Below, piece by piece: positions 63,086 through 64,000 of a DNA stretch of 64,000 nucleotides. The notes beneath the pieces are model-generated. The model saw only the letters and a list, made by a program, of their open reading frames with translations. It was not told the DNA's origin and made no database searches. Each line of letters opens with the position of its first letter. Position 1 is the stretch's first letter. Made by a program: the position numbers and the translations under genes. The DNA is from Lama glama (taxonomy: Eukaryota): the NCBI GenBank assembly GCA_028534125.1, contig CM052816.1, forward strand, positions 1,116,001 to 1,180,000, in the 5' to 3' direction.

Positions 63086-64000
63086 TAAAATTTTATTCTT
63101 AAGTTTTTTATTATAATGGTCTCCCTGTCCCCTATCCCTTTCAATAAATTTTTTTTCATGCCATTGGGTTTTGAAGAAACCAGGTCGTTTGTCCTGAAGA
63201 ATGCCCCTGTTCTTGATTTGACCTGTTAACTTCCTCATGGTGTCCTTAACTTGTGTTTACTGTTAACAGTTTGGTTTATATACTTCCCTACTCTGTGGGA
63301 CTAGAATACGTGGTAAGCTAATTGTTCTCTAGCTGTCAGCTCAAACATCACCTTCCCTGACTCAGGCTGGACCCCTGTTGTGTCCTCAGACCACCCTCCA
63401 TTATTCCTTCAGCACTCAGCACAATTTGTAATTTTACACATATTAATGGGTTTATTCCACTTGGATCTGGCTCCCTCCCTAGACGGCGGGTCCTGGAGAG
63501 CAGGCTGGGCTGTGTCTCCCCAGTTCTGATCAGAGCAGCTGCTGCAGAAGAGCTCCCCACCCCCACCCTGCCCGGTCCCTGTGTGCTCATCACGGACCCC
63601 TTATCTAGGGTCTGTGCCTCACAGCCCACGCATTGCTTCCCAGACTTCACTGTCCGTGGGGCAGTAGCCGGGCTGCCATTAACTCCATCTGCTGGTAGAG
63701 AATGGCACCTGGGAGAGCTGGCACCTCCAAACTTCACGATCTGTCTGGAGGCTGACTTTTGGCAAGTAAAGGAGTTGCAGCCAGCCCTCAAGGCAGTGAT
63801 GTGCAATGTGAACTTCCCCTCAGCGCGCGGCATCCGGGGCAGCCACGCAGCAGGCGGAGAAGGCAGGGGCCAGTGGTACAGGGCTGTTGGCTCTGAGTGG
63901 AACTCTCACATTGGTCTCTTTTGTGTTAACTGTATGTTTTGAAATCATTCCAGACTTTGAGAGGAGTTGCCAGCACCAGTACACAACTGTGAATATGTTA

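Noticed and set aside
37400..64000. CCNJL exons, expected downstream from recalled human synteny
   Set aside because: No cyclin-like coding sequence or clear CpG-island first exon recognised. An acceptor at 38729 has only a weak donor and no other support.

Overview
Mammalian genomic DNA, most likely a camelid (alpaca/camel/llama), judged from Vic-1-like tRNA-derived SINEs and camelid-type L1 3' ends. One intact protein-coding gene is present: C1QTNF2 (CTRP2) on the + strand. It has a GC-rich exon 1 at ~16.68-16.80 kb and coding exons 32346-32589 and 36574-37187, giving 285 aa (signal peptide, collagen repeats, C1q domain), with an ATTAAA signal at 37332. The rest is mostly transposable elements: a decayed ERV-L provirus (4.4-8.9 kb), L1, L2, MIR, MaLR, ERV1 solo LTRs and MER/Tigger DNA transposons. 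There is also an MRPS36/KGD4 processed pseudogene inside a Tigger7 element and a 500-N scaffold gap. The most notable unexplained signals are: (i) three minus-strand exon-like segments at 10.0-11.5 kb that match KRAB-A, KRAB-B and linker exons in size, phase and residual residues, i.e. a probable fossil KRAB-zinc-finger gene; (ii) a second, orphan CpG-island promoter inside C1QTNF2 intron 1, bracketed by a diverged direct repeat and followed by a well-formed 80-nt candidate exon; (iii) three upstream ATGs, one in each frame, in C1QTNF2 exon 1. Repeat family names are from recalled consensus sequences, not from a search.
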